From NCBI GenBank assembly GCA_028534125.1, contig CM052817.1, positions 72,480,001 to 72,544,000 on the forward strand: a DNA stretch of 64,000 bases, in the 5' to 3' direction. Numbering within the stretch: the stretch's first letter is position 1; each line of letters starts with the position of its first letter. Below the pieces are notes generated by a model. That model was not told the DNA's origin. It worked only from the letters and a program-made list of their open reading frames with translations, and searched no databases. The position numbers and the translations under genes were made by a program. Shown here piece after piece: positions 36,231 to 50,488 of the stretch. The stretch comes from Lama glama (taxonomy: Eukaryota).

Positions 36231-39200
36231 AAGAAAAAGGGTAGCCCCTTTCTGCAAAAGACCCTTAGGGAAAAATAAAAAAGAAAAAAAGAAAGAAAGA
36301 AAAGGAAAAAAGATGGAATGAATCAACAGAATACTCATCTAGTTAGAAACCGTGTAAGATACTCCACTGCAGTTGGTGAGCATCTTAAAAGCAAAATCCA
36401 GACAGAATCTGTCTCTCTATAAATCTTTCCACCCCTTTCCATTACTGGTTAGGTATTGTTGGCTCTCAGCCATCTGATTTTACTATGATTTATTAACTGC
36501 TATGCATTATATATGAGATTCAGGTTTGCTGAAGAGTTACCCTTATGGTCATTGTTGCATACAAATCAGCTACTGTTAGAGAGGTTTATTGCATCATTTT
36601 ATGCCGCTAGCACTTTTGTTAGGCAGTAGTAGAATATGTAACTGGAAAAGAAAACCTTTCCTGTTATATTTTCCCATATACGTTACTAGCATATGCAGTC
36701 ATGGTAAGAACAATAGTCCTTTGTTCTAGTCCGTTTATAAAAAGAAAAAAAGGCATCCAGAACAATAGATGAGAAGAAATAAAAACCTGTTGTCTAAATC
36801 AAGGGATTGGTATTCTCCAAATCACTGCTGCAGCACTGAGCCATTTTCTCTGGTAAGACCAACTGAAACGTGAGAAAGAGCAATAATGTGAGCAAAACCA
36901 ATTTACTCTTGGTAGGAAATTGGAAAGAATGGTAGCAGAGACCTAAGCAGACCTGTCTCTGAAATAAGCTACCACAAACCAGTGTTTCCACACTCTTTCA
37001 CTTTGGGACATTTGATTAACTAAGTAATTCAACTTGAATTTCTAGTCCAGGTCTCCATACAATGACTTGAAAGCTTGCCTTTAGCTGGCATAAACAATCA
37101 AGACAAAGGCAGCACATTACCTAAATGGCCTTGGGGCACCTACAACAACACACAGGGAGAAAAGAGAATGGATATTGTCTTGAGTAGCCAACAGAAGGGG
37201 AAAAGGTGTGACCGATCGTATTTTTTTAAAGGGAGAGAGGGATGCCTTCCTTCCTATCTGAAATCTTGCCATGTTCCTCTGACCACAAGCATTTCAGTCC
37301 ACTTCAGTGTGGCATATGTTACGAAGTGTTTCTGAAGAAAGGAGTTATTGTTCGGTAACAGCATTACGTCCAAGAAGAATGAGGCAAATATTCTGCAGTC
37401 TTAGCTTTGGTATGACTGCTCCAGGTATACTGGAATCATATCTACTGAAACATATGCAAAACGATTTTAGAATCTCAAGGATGTAGATTATTAAATGCAC
37501 GTAATTTTTACATTTTAAGCCATCCATGAATGCATTTCCTAAATTATAAATAGCTTGATTTCCTCTTAATTAACTGAGTATTGTGACAGATTCAACTGGA
37601 GTCATGTTTAAGAAAATCTGGGCGAAAAGGGTTTTCAGTTTAGCTTAACCAAAAAAAAGAAAAGCATTTATTAGATGCCCACTGTGTGTCTACTGATAAT
37701 TTTTAAGCATAATAGAGATAAATGGCTGGTTAGTTGACAGTAGAGGTTCTTAATCACTGCAGGTCTCTGATTTGTACAGACAATTTTTAATGTATATTGA
37801 GTATTATTCCACAAAAACTGCAAAAGAGGAGATGCTCAGAAGGAAGCTGAGACATTGAGGAAGACAGATAAAGGGATCCAAGAGAACAAGCTGTCCTCAT
37901 GTACGGGGAAATTTGAAAAGTATCACTGATAGGTTGTTGCTACCAACACAGATCCGTAGCCTATGAATTCACAGCTCCCTTGAAACGCTCAAGACTTCCA
38001 GTTTCTAGGATCAATGGTTTGAGAAATGCCTTACGTACAGAGTCACAATTTTGTGTCATAATCCTCCCCCAATTTTTCTTTAAGGGGGCGTATTGCTTTC
38101 CTCCACTAAAGGTATATGATTCAGGAAAGTGGAAAATCCATCTCCTGAAAATAAACTATCAACTGGTATATAATATTGTTACTAAATACTTTGTTTACCT
38201 TAAAAAAAAAGCTGAAAGCACAAAATTTTTAGTTTTTAAAAGATCTTCACAAGAAGTAATTTAATTGAAAATTTTCAGAAACTAACCCCAACTACTCTCC
38301 CATGCAGTTTGCATATATTTTCAAATCTTTTAAAAAATTATTATGTATGATCCCTATTACCTCTGTGTCTAACATAATTATAAGGAACTGCACAGAGAGT
38401 GAAAAGAATGAGTGTGCAATGTTTATCCCAGTTTCTCTGTCTTCTGATGACACTGTATAAACTGATACATTTCATTTGGCCTGTGCAACCTAGACCCTCA
38501 GGTCCGAGGCAAACCCTAATTAAGCTAAGTGGTACCTTTTCCAACGACATCTGGTACCAAAAGTTTCAAATATCCACAACAAAGCATGATTTTCAGCTTC
38601 CAGATACATTATGATTAATTATTTTTTTCCAAAAGGGTGAAGTTACAAATTGAGACACCACTTCCGGTATTTTAGAACCACAAAAGCTCAACCCGTTTCT
38701 TACTTTCATTCTTTTTTTTAAATTCTTTTTCATTTATTCAGGTGTTTAGACTCACTCTACCTTTTGACAAGTTTAATAATTAAAACAAGTGTAAACAATC
38801 AAACAGCAACACATAATACAGTAAAGGCTAGAAGAAAAGCTAAGATGTTTTTCTCTCTCTTTTTTTTCCCTCAGCCTCTACGGATTTATGAAACTTCCTT
38901 TTAAGGTGGTGCCTCTACAAGGCAAAGTAAAATGGACAGTTTCCAGTTGTTGTGTTTTAAAATGAATAAAGTGGTATAAAATGACAAATAAATGACTATT
39001 TTTATTACATCAGTCTACACTACAAATTATTTTTGTATGTATAGCACTGAGCTTACTGAATCTGTGTAATGATTTGGACCAAGATAATGAATTAATGGAA
39101 GCATTTTTCACGTATACATATAGACACACAAAAAAAGTCTGTTCCAATTTATGTAATTTTTACATTTTTGATGATGAAAAAATTTAAATAAATGGTTGTT

Positions 39201-42200
39201 TAGCCTGATTCTATTAAATAAACTGAATCAATTTCAAAGATTTATGGGGGGGTTCTTTTTTCAACACTCACATGGGTAAAAGTACATTTTTGGTTGCACT
39301 AAAGTTAAAGGACACCTCTCTCAGCAACATTGAATTTACGCAAAAGCCGAATATTTATTTGGTTCAGCCAATGTTCAGTTGTGAGTTTTAAGGTGATCAT
39401 AGTACTTGAATGGCATAGAGGAGAACAGTTATTCCAAATTGGGGGGAAAGAGGGAACTCCACAAGTCTTAGAAAATTTACGACAGAATCTGATCTTTCTT
39501 GTTTTCAAAACTGATGGGCTTTAAGCTACTCAGATCTGCCCCCTCAACCCTGTGCCATCAGTAAGACTACGGAGCTGCATCCCACACGCTATATAGCATA
39601 ATTCGATTTAATGCATTTCATAAACGTCATGCTACATTATAATGCAGCTTACACATTCAAAACAATTGTTGTGCATGCCCTTTAGGCTACAGCTATTGTC
39701 ACATTGTGTATTATATACAATCACTTGTAAATCCAGCAAAACACACAGGCAGAGAAATCAAAGCAGGAGGTAGAGCTTGTTTTAATGTGATTATATTGGC
39801 ATCTGATATGATGGTGCTTTGGACCATATTGACATGAGTGAGGATTCTATGTAGCAACTGTTCAATACCATCCGTTGGACTTCTCTGATAGACCACTTAA
39901 CTATCTCAGCTTTTCCAGTGATCATCTCATTTATCTAGGATTATTGCACTGAATTTACTGTTTGGTTTTCTTCCAGAACTGAAATGTCAAGTCCAGTGTC
40001 ATGTATGCAGTAGCTTTGTGCTGTGAGAGCTTCACAGATCCCCCAAAAGCTGCTAGCAGTTGATCTTTGGATAGAGCTAGAAATAAATAAATCCTCTTTA
40101 GCAGATCAATATTCATCCCATTTAATGCTTGATGTGAAACTTGTGGATTTGTGGTGGTAATGCTGATGTACAGCTAATCGTTGAAAACGGGCATTAGGGC
40201 TTTTATAGCATGGCAACATATTGTCAGGCAGGAAGGGAAAGAAGTGGTGAGCACAGCCTGGAAAAAAATATGGTAAGTTTGTGGAAATTTGCTGCACATT
40301 TGGAATCCACTTGGGCTGCTTTATTGTGTAATACTAGAAACTAATAACATGGGCAACTAATGGATGTGCTACGTAAAAGAAATTCCTGGGACCTTTTCTT
40401 GATTTGCCACTTTTTGTGGGACGGTATATAAAAATGAAGTATCTGACTCATTTTGAGACTCTGAGGCTAAAGAAATTGATATGGAAATATTTTCCCTATG
40501 GTGTTGTTGTAAGTATTAATAACTAGAGCACAGAAAACACTTTAGCATAAAAGCCAGAAACTCTGGGAACAGTGGAGTTTTTATACTAAAAATTCATGGT
40601 AAAAATGGAGACTCAAAGAAAGGAGTGTAAAGAAGTGTACTGAACAATTAACTGCAAATAAGAAAAAAGACATCCTGCTAGTGAATAAGGTTTGAACCAT
40701 GGTTGATGCCAACAGCTAAGGCATTTTTTTCTAGTCAATGATATAAAAGTCAAAATGTCAGACCTTTCTTAGACTGCAAAAGTTAAATTTATCCCTTTTG
40801 ATTTAGCAGACTTTTTTTCTCTAATATATGATAATTCATACTGTCATGGTGTTCAGAAGAGCAAGCTGGTGCCGGGCATTCTCTGCATGCAATAGCTTTC
40901 AGCCCAACCACATAATCTGTAATATAGACATTTGTGGTTGCCAATGGTATATATACTTTCAACCATATTTCTCGATTATTAATTTAATACATGCAAGCAA
41001 AATGCGCAAATGATATCTGTGTGAAAACCTTGATTTGTCAATGTTCTTACAGACTTGGGCTGCCCCAGTTGAATTTTAGCGAGCATCTAAACTTATTTGT
41101 ATGAAGGGATGCCTTTGTGAATAAAGCATGAGAAATATGCACTTACTGTAACTATTGAAACTAGAGAACTGGTATTGATTTGATTTCCCAGGAGAAATGA
41201 TATTCCTTCTCAAATAGTAGGTTTTCATTTAAGTTTACTGAGAAATGAAACACTATAATCTTTACATAGTAGGAGAGGTCATTAAGCTCAAAACACGCAG
41301 AGTAACATCTGCTGGCTCCAGATAGTCACTGGACTGCACAGAAATGTCAGCTTCCCTTGTGTGAATCCCAAACTTTACCACTGATAAATGATATCCTGCA
41401 CCACCACCACCACCACCGCATAGGGATCTTAGGCAGTCACAACTCCTTTGGTTGGAAAAGAAAGACAGGATAAGAGGGCAGGTCATGGTCACAGGATTGT
41501 GTTTATCTGATGAAGAGTAAATCAGTAAACAGGGGAGGAGAGGTATGTTTATGCTTGAGGCCATGAAGGTTGAGAAATAGTAATGTGCAAGGTCGACAAG
41601 ACAATTGGAAGAGCATGTAGGCTGTGTCTGCAATAGTATATACCTGTGAATGCATGCACATTCATGCAGAAGTATGTTCACTTACCCTGGATATGCAAAG
41701 GGCATGATAATGTGTGAATATATACATATATACACACACACACACCCGGCGACATACTCCATCTATATTGTGTTATGTGGGGGGGTAGTGAATACATAGG
41801 CATAAATAGGAATATCTTAACCATATTCTGGGGTTGAAAATATCCTGAAAATGAAAATTTTAAAGTGTATATGAATTTATAGATAACAGAGTAACAAACG
41901 GTTAGTTGTAGAAAGTAGAGTGTCTTTTTTCTAAGTCTAAATTTTGTGGGTGAGATCATGAAAGATCCAGGGTCCTTTGCTCTACACAGCACACTTTTCA
42001 CTGGAAGAAAGTGGGGCTAGTAGACTTATTATGACAATTCTTACATTAATCTAAAATGACATGTAAGATGGAGATTTTCCATTTCTTTTTCCTATCCAGA
42101 AAATAAATATTTTCCAGATTTTGAATATATAATTTTAAGAACTTATTATTAAGAACTTCACAGCTGAAGCATTATTTGAAAAACTGGGCCATTAGAAAAC

Positions 42201-43466
42201 TGATTAGAAACTTTTTTTTGGTTTTCCTTAATCGGTACATTCTCTCATTCAAATTCCAGAGAATACTATCCATGCAGTTTTTTAGGAATGAAGAGAAAAT
42301 ATGTCCCCATACATACGGCAGAACAACTCATTTCATAGTCTCCCCTTAATTACCACACTTCTTGTCTAGAGAGAAAACTTTGAAAAATAAAAATCTGAAT
42401 TTATCAGGTTTCCAATTTTGTATGTGTTTGGCTACCCAGAAGCCAAGAGATAAACTATACATTTTTGCCTTTTAATCTTGCCCTCACATTTATAATTTCC
42501 CTATTCATTCATGTATTAAACAAATAATTATTAGGCACATTTTATGTGCTTAGTCCTTCACCTCCAGGAGGTTACACTCTTGTTTTCCCTTTTGCCATAG
42601 TCCTGGAAGCTTTGATACATATTGTATGTATTTTTGAGATGTCCATTTAGTTGTCAACTATTAACAAGTCATTTATGAAGCAAGGTGGAGTATAATCAAC
42701 AAAGACGATTGTGTTGATGTCTGGATGGAATACAGTTGGCAGATAAATGAAAAGATGTGTGTATAGATATATAGATAACCAGTGGATAGCAGGAGGAGTC
42801 CTGTGTGATTATGTGGTCCTGGCTATCCTCATAAACTACCCAGCTATGCTGTTCTCATAGATTACAGTCTACCAGCTGAGCAACATATTACATTCTTCTA
42901 TGGGAAACAAAAACACCCAGTCTGAATTACTCACAGAAAAAATTCCTTCCCAATAAGCTCAGCTTCCTAAGATAGAGAAAATAAGATTTAAATTTCCATT
43001 GGAAACTAGCTGATGTGGGCACCACCTGAATGGAGCTAGAGTGGCAAATTAAAAGAAAAACACAATGACTCAAACTTTTGTCAGAGGGGGAGACATCTTA
43101 GAGGGGGAAAAATGTATATAGAATGAACTTCTTTTGTGCAAAATATATGTGTTTATTATAGAACTGAAAATTATGTTATAGTAAGGAGGATTATTTCCAC
43201 AGTCCATCTCTCTAGATTGATAGTCTTCAAAGGTAACATACTGCCCTGAAGAATGTATTGGTGGAAGATACCTTCCAGGGGATGTAGGATTATAAAATTT
43301 GAACATTTTTGGTCCAACTTTCTAAAAATTCTTATTATACCACTCGTGAAGGCACGGTAGTCTTTGTGAGAACGAGGAATATTAACAATTAGCCTGTTGG
43401 GCACATTGTCCAGGGGGTTTCCTATTGTGAAATGTCCTCCATGGACAAATGTCCACAGGAGAGACC

Positions 43467-43498
43467 GGACTCGTGAGTCACTGGACTCATGAGTCACC
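43467..43498. promoter_or_regulatory. 16-bp tandem duplication carrying two AP-1 (TGAGTCA) sites
   Basis: ggactcgtgagtcact followed by ggactcatgagtcacc; TGAGTCA at 43474-43480 and 43490-43496. Confidence 0.5.
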
Positions 43499-43857
43499 AG
43501 CAGACAGATGCTCTGTCAGTGCCTTTTGTCTGTGCAAATATAGTCTGTGATATTTTAACTAAAATTTGCCAGAAAAACTATTTAAATGTGGAAGTTTATC
43601 ACTTTACCTCCCTTCCACTAATCCCTGTTAAAATATTATAAATAACAGAGAGCTTAGAGTTGCAGAACAGAGACCCAACAAGACTTAACCAATAATCTTT
43701 CTGCAAAAGATTCAAATAAAACCTTACAACAGATAACTAAACCAATCCACTTTGATCCATATGAATTATCTGTAGTTCTAATTCCCCTTATCTTTAAAAA
43801 AAATAAGGAAAGAAAAAAAAACTCATATTTTAAGCAGATTATTTTACAGGCTTTCCT

Positions 43858-43897
43858 AAAACAAAACAAAACAAAACAAAAAACAAACAAACAAAAA
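43858..43897. repeat. (AAAAC)n/(AAAC)n simple repeat
   Basis: Direct reading. Confidence 0.9.
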
Positions 43898-46024
43898 CCC
43901 AATCCCCTGAGATTTTATGTTTCTGTAAGAACTCTTATTCCAAGGAGAAAAAGTTTGATACGCTCCAGTTTTACACAGCTACAGTGCCTTCTTACTGCTG
44001 GGATATGCAGAGGTTACTCAAAAAGCTCCCTGAAAAGACCTGGGCCCTCTTTTATGAAGACAATGATTAGGATTTTACACACAGACAATGACAGAGAGAC
44101 AGGGAACCACTTTGAAGTTCAAATAATTTGACAACAAGTTCTGGAATTCCTAAAAAATAATGAAAATGATCTTTGCCAAATTTTTATTTTGTTTTTATTC
44201 TGTTTTCAGCTCCTTAGGCGGGTTCAGGCAGGAAACACAGCCCGAACAGCTCAGTCTGATCTGTAGGGATTAGTGACAGCAAAGAAGGCTGTTGTGTGAA
44301 TCTGAGTCATTTTTTTTTAATGGTTAGCAATTCTAAAGAAAAATATTCATATAATATGTAAACATGCCAAATCCTATCTTTAAGATAAGTATATCTGGGC
44401 AAACCTTTTAATATAAAATCACCTAAAAATTATTTATACCTAATTAGAGTGACCTGTTCTTTGGAAATGCTTTATTGGTCTCTAAATAAAACATAGAGTT
44501 TCTTATTTCTGAACAAATGTATTTTTAGTCATAATATTAAGTAAAATACTTAATTTGGCATGAGATTTTGGCATCATCAATTGCTTTTAGAGATAAGCAA
44601 CTGGTAAAGACAAGGGATAGGAATTACACAAACAAGGTGCACAGGTCTTCCCATCAATTTTAAGAACAACTCAGGGATGTTAAAGGCAAGATAGTGATCT
44701 AAATTTTCCACAATGCTTTGGAACAAAGTGTGAAGTAAGGAAAATTAATTTTCAAAAATATAATTTCCTAACTAAAATGAGTCCAACTTGGAAAAGTAAA
44801 ATCTACCCTTGAAATATACCACACCCAAAGATTTATTCTAAAATGCAAAATAGGGATTTGTTTCGCTATACCTAAAATTGGATTACTCCTTAAAGTTTAA
44901 CATTTACCTTCTGCACTTCAACCGGAACCTAAAACCTGGGACAATCATGAGGCAAACGGACTAACCAAACTAAATGTTCTCTAGGGTAAACCTATGGGGT
45001 AATAAATTTATATGATTGTAAAAATGAAACAAAAATATCTTAGGGGTGATATTTAAAATTTTTTTTTCCAAATTTTGGTCCCAGAACTACTGCATAAGTA
45101 TAGTAGTGTCAGTGGTACAAAGAATGTCTATATTCAAGATGGCAACTTCATGCAGCCAGACAGCATTACACATGTTATTCCACACCCCACAAGAGAAATA
45201 TTACAAAAAGTCCTCAAGACATTGGTTTTCTCCCACAAGAACCCTACCATTTATAGAGTTTGGAATAGCCCAATAGATCTGATAACATATGTTTCTTACC
45301 ATATTACATAAGATTATTTCTCTTTTTTTCCCTTGTCATTTAGCCATTCAATTAATATACTACAGATAATAATTGTTTATTATTAACAATTTTAAAACTC
45401 ACTTGGTCAATTAGTAGAAAGAGCTCTATTGTTATTGCAATATTAAAGCTTGAATATTCCATTTCTTAAAATTCATTATTAAAAAGAATCTGGTGGATCT
45501 TAACACAGAATATCCATAATTTTGCTTGAAATTGTGGCCTATGTTTGGTTTGAGGTATAAAAGACCAACATGATTTCATTTATAAATACATAAAATTAAG
45601 GCAAATCCAGGTAGGAAAGCAAAGAATTAGAATACTTACTTGAAATTAAAATCAAAATTATTTCACTAATTTGTTAATTGCTTTGCTACAGAAATTGGAC
45701 AGAAATAAGTAGCAAAATAAGAAAGACTGTTTTTTTGGCAATTATCTTGCAATTTAACTTGAAACGATCCATTAAAGAAACCAATTAAGACATTTGCTTC
45801 AATAGGTATTCTTTTTGCATGTGAAGAATCAAACAACCTCATTTATTTGTATTCTGTTAGATAAGTGGACAAACTAAGAGTCTGCCAAAATCTATTCTCT
45901 GGTTTCATTTAAAATGAAAATACAAATAAAAAATCTATAGAAAAATAACTTGGATCAAAAGTAGTAGCAGGGGTCAAGTACGTAGTATCCCTCTCCTCCA
46001 ACCCTCTTTTCTTCACCTAGAATG

Positions 46025-46055
<31 letters not shown>

Positions 46056-46135
46056 ACATGCATAAACACACACATCTATGCACATACATCCACACACAAA
46101 TACACAAATATGTACACACACATTTATGCACTCAC
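46025..46135. repeat. (CA)n microsatellite with degenerate CA-rich extension
   Basis: Direct reading. Confidence 0.9.
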
Positions 46136-49100
46136 AGAGGCATTTACTCAAATATTTTGATGTATTAATTCATTACAATTAATCAAAGATCAATGTCTAC
46201 GTGCCATTTTCCCCTCTTACTATATAACATCCAAGTAGCATTTGAATCTTTTATTTGCTTACCTAGTTGCCTTAGAAGAAATAATATTTGTTGGCATTTA
46301 TTTACGGAAGTATTTAACTAAGCCTTACTCAACTTGTTTGCTGTCTTTTCTTGCAATCTTGTGGGTAGTGAAGTTGCCTAGATCTTACAACCACAACATT
46401 GTGCAATAATGCTCATAGTTGCACAAAATTTGTGAGATTTTAGGTCAATGCACTGACATCTTTCTGTTCTCTGGTCTAAAAGGACAGCAGAGGGAGCTCC
46501 TGCATGACTTAAGGAAACCAAAGGCAGGAGAAGAAAGACTTTTCAGGGTTGGAAATCATACCTGGTGCCCTCTGCTGGAGTCACTGATTAGAAGTTCAGA
46601 TTTCAAAAAAATTTTCAAGAACTAAATTCCAAACTTGATCTTTAATGTGTTTTATTACTAGACATCATAAAGGGTGTAGCAGAATTTTCTAAATAAGGCT
46701 AATTTTAATTTCTTTCAATTAAAAAATACATATATGCCTTATATTATTTTAACGAAGTTTGTAGTTTAAAAATCAATCAAATTTCTGTGGATAATCTCAC
46801 TCCTCTAAAATCTATAACATTATTGAGTTGTCACAATAGTTTCTCCGTAACTCTGTAACTCCTTTATTCAACAATCTTACTATGCAATGCATAAACTCTG
46901 GCATTCATATGACAAAAACACAGGTACACCATTCTAATGTAAAATAGTTTTACAATGGGTGAAAGAATCCATTTAAAAGGGTTTCAGATCAGGGTTTGTA
47001 CTGACCGAACCATATGATTAATAAATGTTATTCCTTGTAATAGTTCAGCAATAAGGCCACTTACTGAAAACCATTTCAATTTCTGCTTCCTTTTTAATTC
47101 CTTTGAAGAACACTTCAAAAGAAGGTATCTTTTAATTCAGAATGATTGGAAACAAAATTACTTTCAATTTTATTGTAAATATGTATGTATTCATTATAAA
47201 TAAGAAATTATTATTTCTACTAAGAACCAACAAATCTCTGGATATTCTGTATAATTCTGTGTTATAATAGTATGTGCTATAATACTATGTAATTATTTGC
47301 AAATAAGACATTTATGAAGTCCACTTTGGAGACCACTTGCCATTTAACTCTCCCTTTATATTTAAATACCACATGGAAAAGCACTACTGAACTGTGATTC
47401 GAAAGTATAAAAAGCTTGGAAAACATTTCCTTCATTAATATTTTGTCATGATCAAATGACTACTGAAAGGGTCCACCTATAGGAAATAAACCAGATATTG
47501 AACGGCAAAGAGTTTATGTGATGTTTTTGCTTCCACTTTAGACTGAAGGGACTAGTCATTTTGATATTAAGAATTTTCAGTCTGTATTTATAACATTACT
47601 TTCAAATTATACTTAAAAGATACTTAGAAGAGTGAACTATAATAGTAAAATATACATGTTGTATGTGTACACATAGCATTAACCTGCAAAAATAAAACAG
47701 ATTTTCATTTTTAAGAAAGTTAGCAGGATATTTATGTCCTTCACAGCCAGAAAGAAAAACTTATCATTCAATTTAAATAAAAATAAGCAATTTTTCCTTC
47801 AGGTCTGTTCTGTAACATGAACATTTAATTTGACTAAGCCCATCAGGAATGACACAACATATCTTGAGTTGTTTCTTTGTGTTTGTGTTAATATAGATAT
47901 ATTGAGTATTAATCTAATTTTGACAATTAGTACTATATGTCTGGGTGGGGAGCTGGGGTTTGGGCAGGGGAGAGATAAACATGGGCTGAAGATGAATGAG
48001 TATTAATTAGTTATATGTTCACATTGACCTTTTAAAAGGCATCTGGTTTCACGTATATATTTACTTCTTTTGATGCCAGCAAAATTTTAAAGAATAAAGG
48101 CAAGTATAGGATAAAAGCCATAAAATTTGAATTTTTAGCCTGAAACCTGTAACATCTACATTTCTTTTAAAAGCTCTCAACAATACAGGAAGAGTAATAC
48201 TGAAACTCCAAATGTTCAGAAAAGTTTAAGTTCATAAATATTTATTCACATTTCTAGAATACAGAATAGGAATTAAACTGTGTGTACTTTTGATTCAGAT
48301 TAAACATTTATTTGTCCATCAGGCAAATAAATACCCAGCGGCTCTCATGAGTTAGGCATAGTCCCAGGTCCTGGGGAAGAAGCAGTACACCGCCCTCTTT
48401 AACTTACACTTTCGTTTTGCAATAGATAACATTGTTATGACATTTATCGTATCTGTTTCTAAAATGCTAATGGATTATATGAATACAAATAAAGATAAAA
48501 CACAGTTAATCTATCCAACGAAGAACAAGACTTAATAGAAAATTTTGAAATTTTTTATTGTGAATAAAAATCCCCATTGAAGGTTTATGGATTTTTAATC
48601 TCACTATTTTTTTTTAAACTGGCAAATCTTTTTGAAGATTTTCCTCATCTTCCTTCCCAGATTCTCAGTTTGGGATTGATACATTGGTCATGTTTTCAAA
48701 TAAATAACATTCTTACTCTTTTTTAGCAGAGTAATATAAGGTAGGGCTCACTAACTTCAAGGGACCAAGATCATAACAAATATTCAATTATACAGGTTTT
48801 CCTCACTATCTGAAAGTAGACTCTTTCTACGAAAACTTCAGTAAGCTAAAATGGTGTAAAGCTAAGTAGTTCACTTATGACCCATCTTGCTAATGGATGC
48901 AAAACATAAATGGAGAAAAAGCACAGATGCTCAGGGACACAGCCCAAAGCCATGGCTGCCTGATGCTGAGATCTGAGTGTAGTTCCTGGAGAAAGAGCTT
49001 GGCAGTGCTACCCTCACCGTTTGGGTGCAGGATTCTCTCTTTTCACCTTTTTTTCTTAAAAGCAAAAATCCTCTTTGAATTTCTTTCAGTTACGGAAAAC

Positions 49101-50488
49101 AGGCACTAATGTAGGTCTTTTGTAAAAGCAAAGTGGCGTCAAGCGAAATTTTGGAAAGCTGGGGATAACTTTTAGGTGGACAGTAGAGTTCAAATTTATT
49201 CTGAAGGTATTCAATATTCTTTCTGTCTCTCATCTCTCATTTCTCTATCATCTGTCTCCACCTTTCTTTCCTAAAACAATGTATGGCAAGAACACAACAC
49301 CTTTTCTCACTGCTTTAAGCCTACGATGATTTTGCCAATGATTTCAAGCTCATCCGTCCCCATCTACCTGCACAACCTGTTAACTCATGGTCTTCCTCAG
49401 CCCTCTATGCAGGAGACACATTTAACAACGTTTCTTCTATTCCATCGATTCTCACCTTTTGTCCTTTCTAATGTTGTATGTAAATTATTCCTCTAATGGA
49501 AATGATCTTTACTCATTTTTGTCATCAAGTTGCATCTACAAGAACTAGTTGAAATACCATTTCTTCTTTGAAGCAGCCCTTGATTTCCTTCATGACTTGA
49601 AGCAATCTATGTGCTTTCTCTGAACTCTGATAATATTTTATTCTAAATCCCTATCAGAGATTAGTATACTTATCATATTTATTTCTCTTTCTTTTTCAGT
49701 AAAAATCTTAGGTCTAATCCATCACACCAATAGTAAGCTCTTTAAGAATCTATGCATCTCTAGATTTGATGAACATGAGTGCTGGACACCATGGAGTTTT
49801 AAAAAATATTTATAAAAATAATCATAATTTATAACCTAATTATTCTTATTCAAAGCACTTCTTAGAAAGATTATCTCCTGAGGTCTAGTGTGCCTTTAAG
49901 GAATACATGGTATCCCATGCTTCAGGCTATTTTGGCTTCCAAGATACTGTATAAAGTAAGTTTACCAAATGATAAAATTAAGGTATTTAGACTTAACACT
50001 TGAATTAAAATTGACAAATAATTTTATTCAAAATTATTTTTTTAAGAATGGACAATTTTCAAGATTATGTTTTGCATTGGGGAAATATGTCTTAGGAAAA
50101 TTGAAGAAAAGTGATTCAGTTTTGTTTAAGTTATATGGAAAAGAAATACATACATATACATCCAATAAAGGTTTATCAACCAAAAAATAGATAAAACACA
50201 AATATATGTTATATTATATCTATAATATGTATACTATATATATATATATATCTTAAGAATTATAAAATATAAGGAAATGTTGATAAGGAAAGCTTTTCTG
50301 GGAGTAATTTGTGTGTACTAAAACACTATTTAGCCAGGTTTTTATGTCATACATACGCACAAAAAGGAGATTCAGAGAGTGTATGATCATTCACTTTGTC
50401 ACACTTGTCACACTTTTTGAATCAACATTACATAGAGATGCAATCATAATATTCATTACAATGCAATATGGAAATTTAAAAATACCTT

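Noticed and set aside
41262..42001. Two abutting minus-strand ORFs (139 aa and 107 aa)
   Set aside because: They run through (CCA)n and (CA/TA)n simple repeats and show no recognisable domain; likely chance ORFs. A good donor (CAGG/GTAAGT near 41685) exists but has no convincing acceptor.
43171..43497. 108-aa minus-strand ORF
   Set aside because: Starts at GTG within the tandem duplication, with no recognisable domain or splice support.
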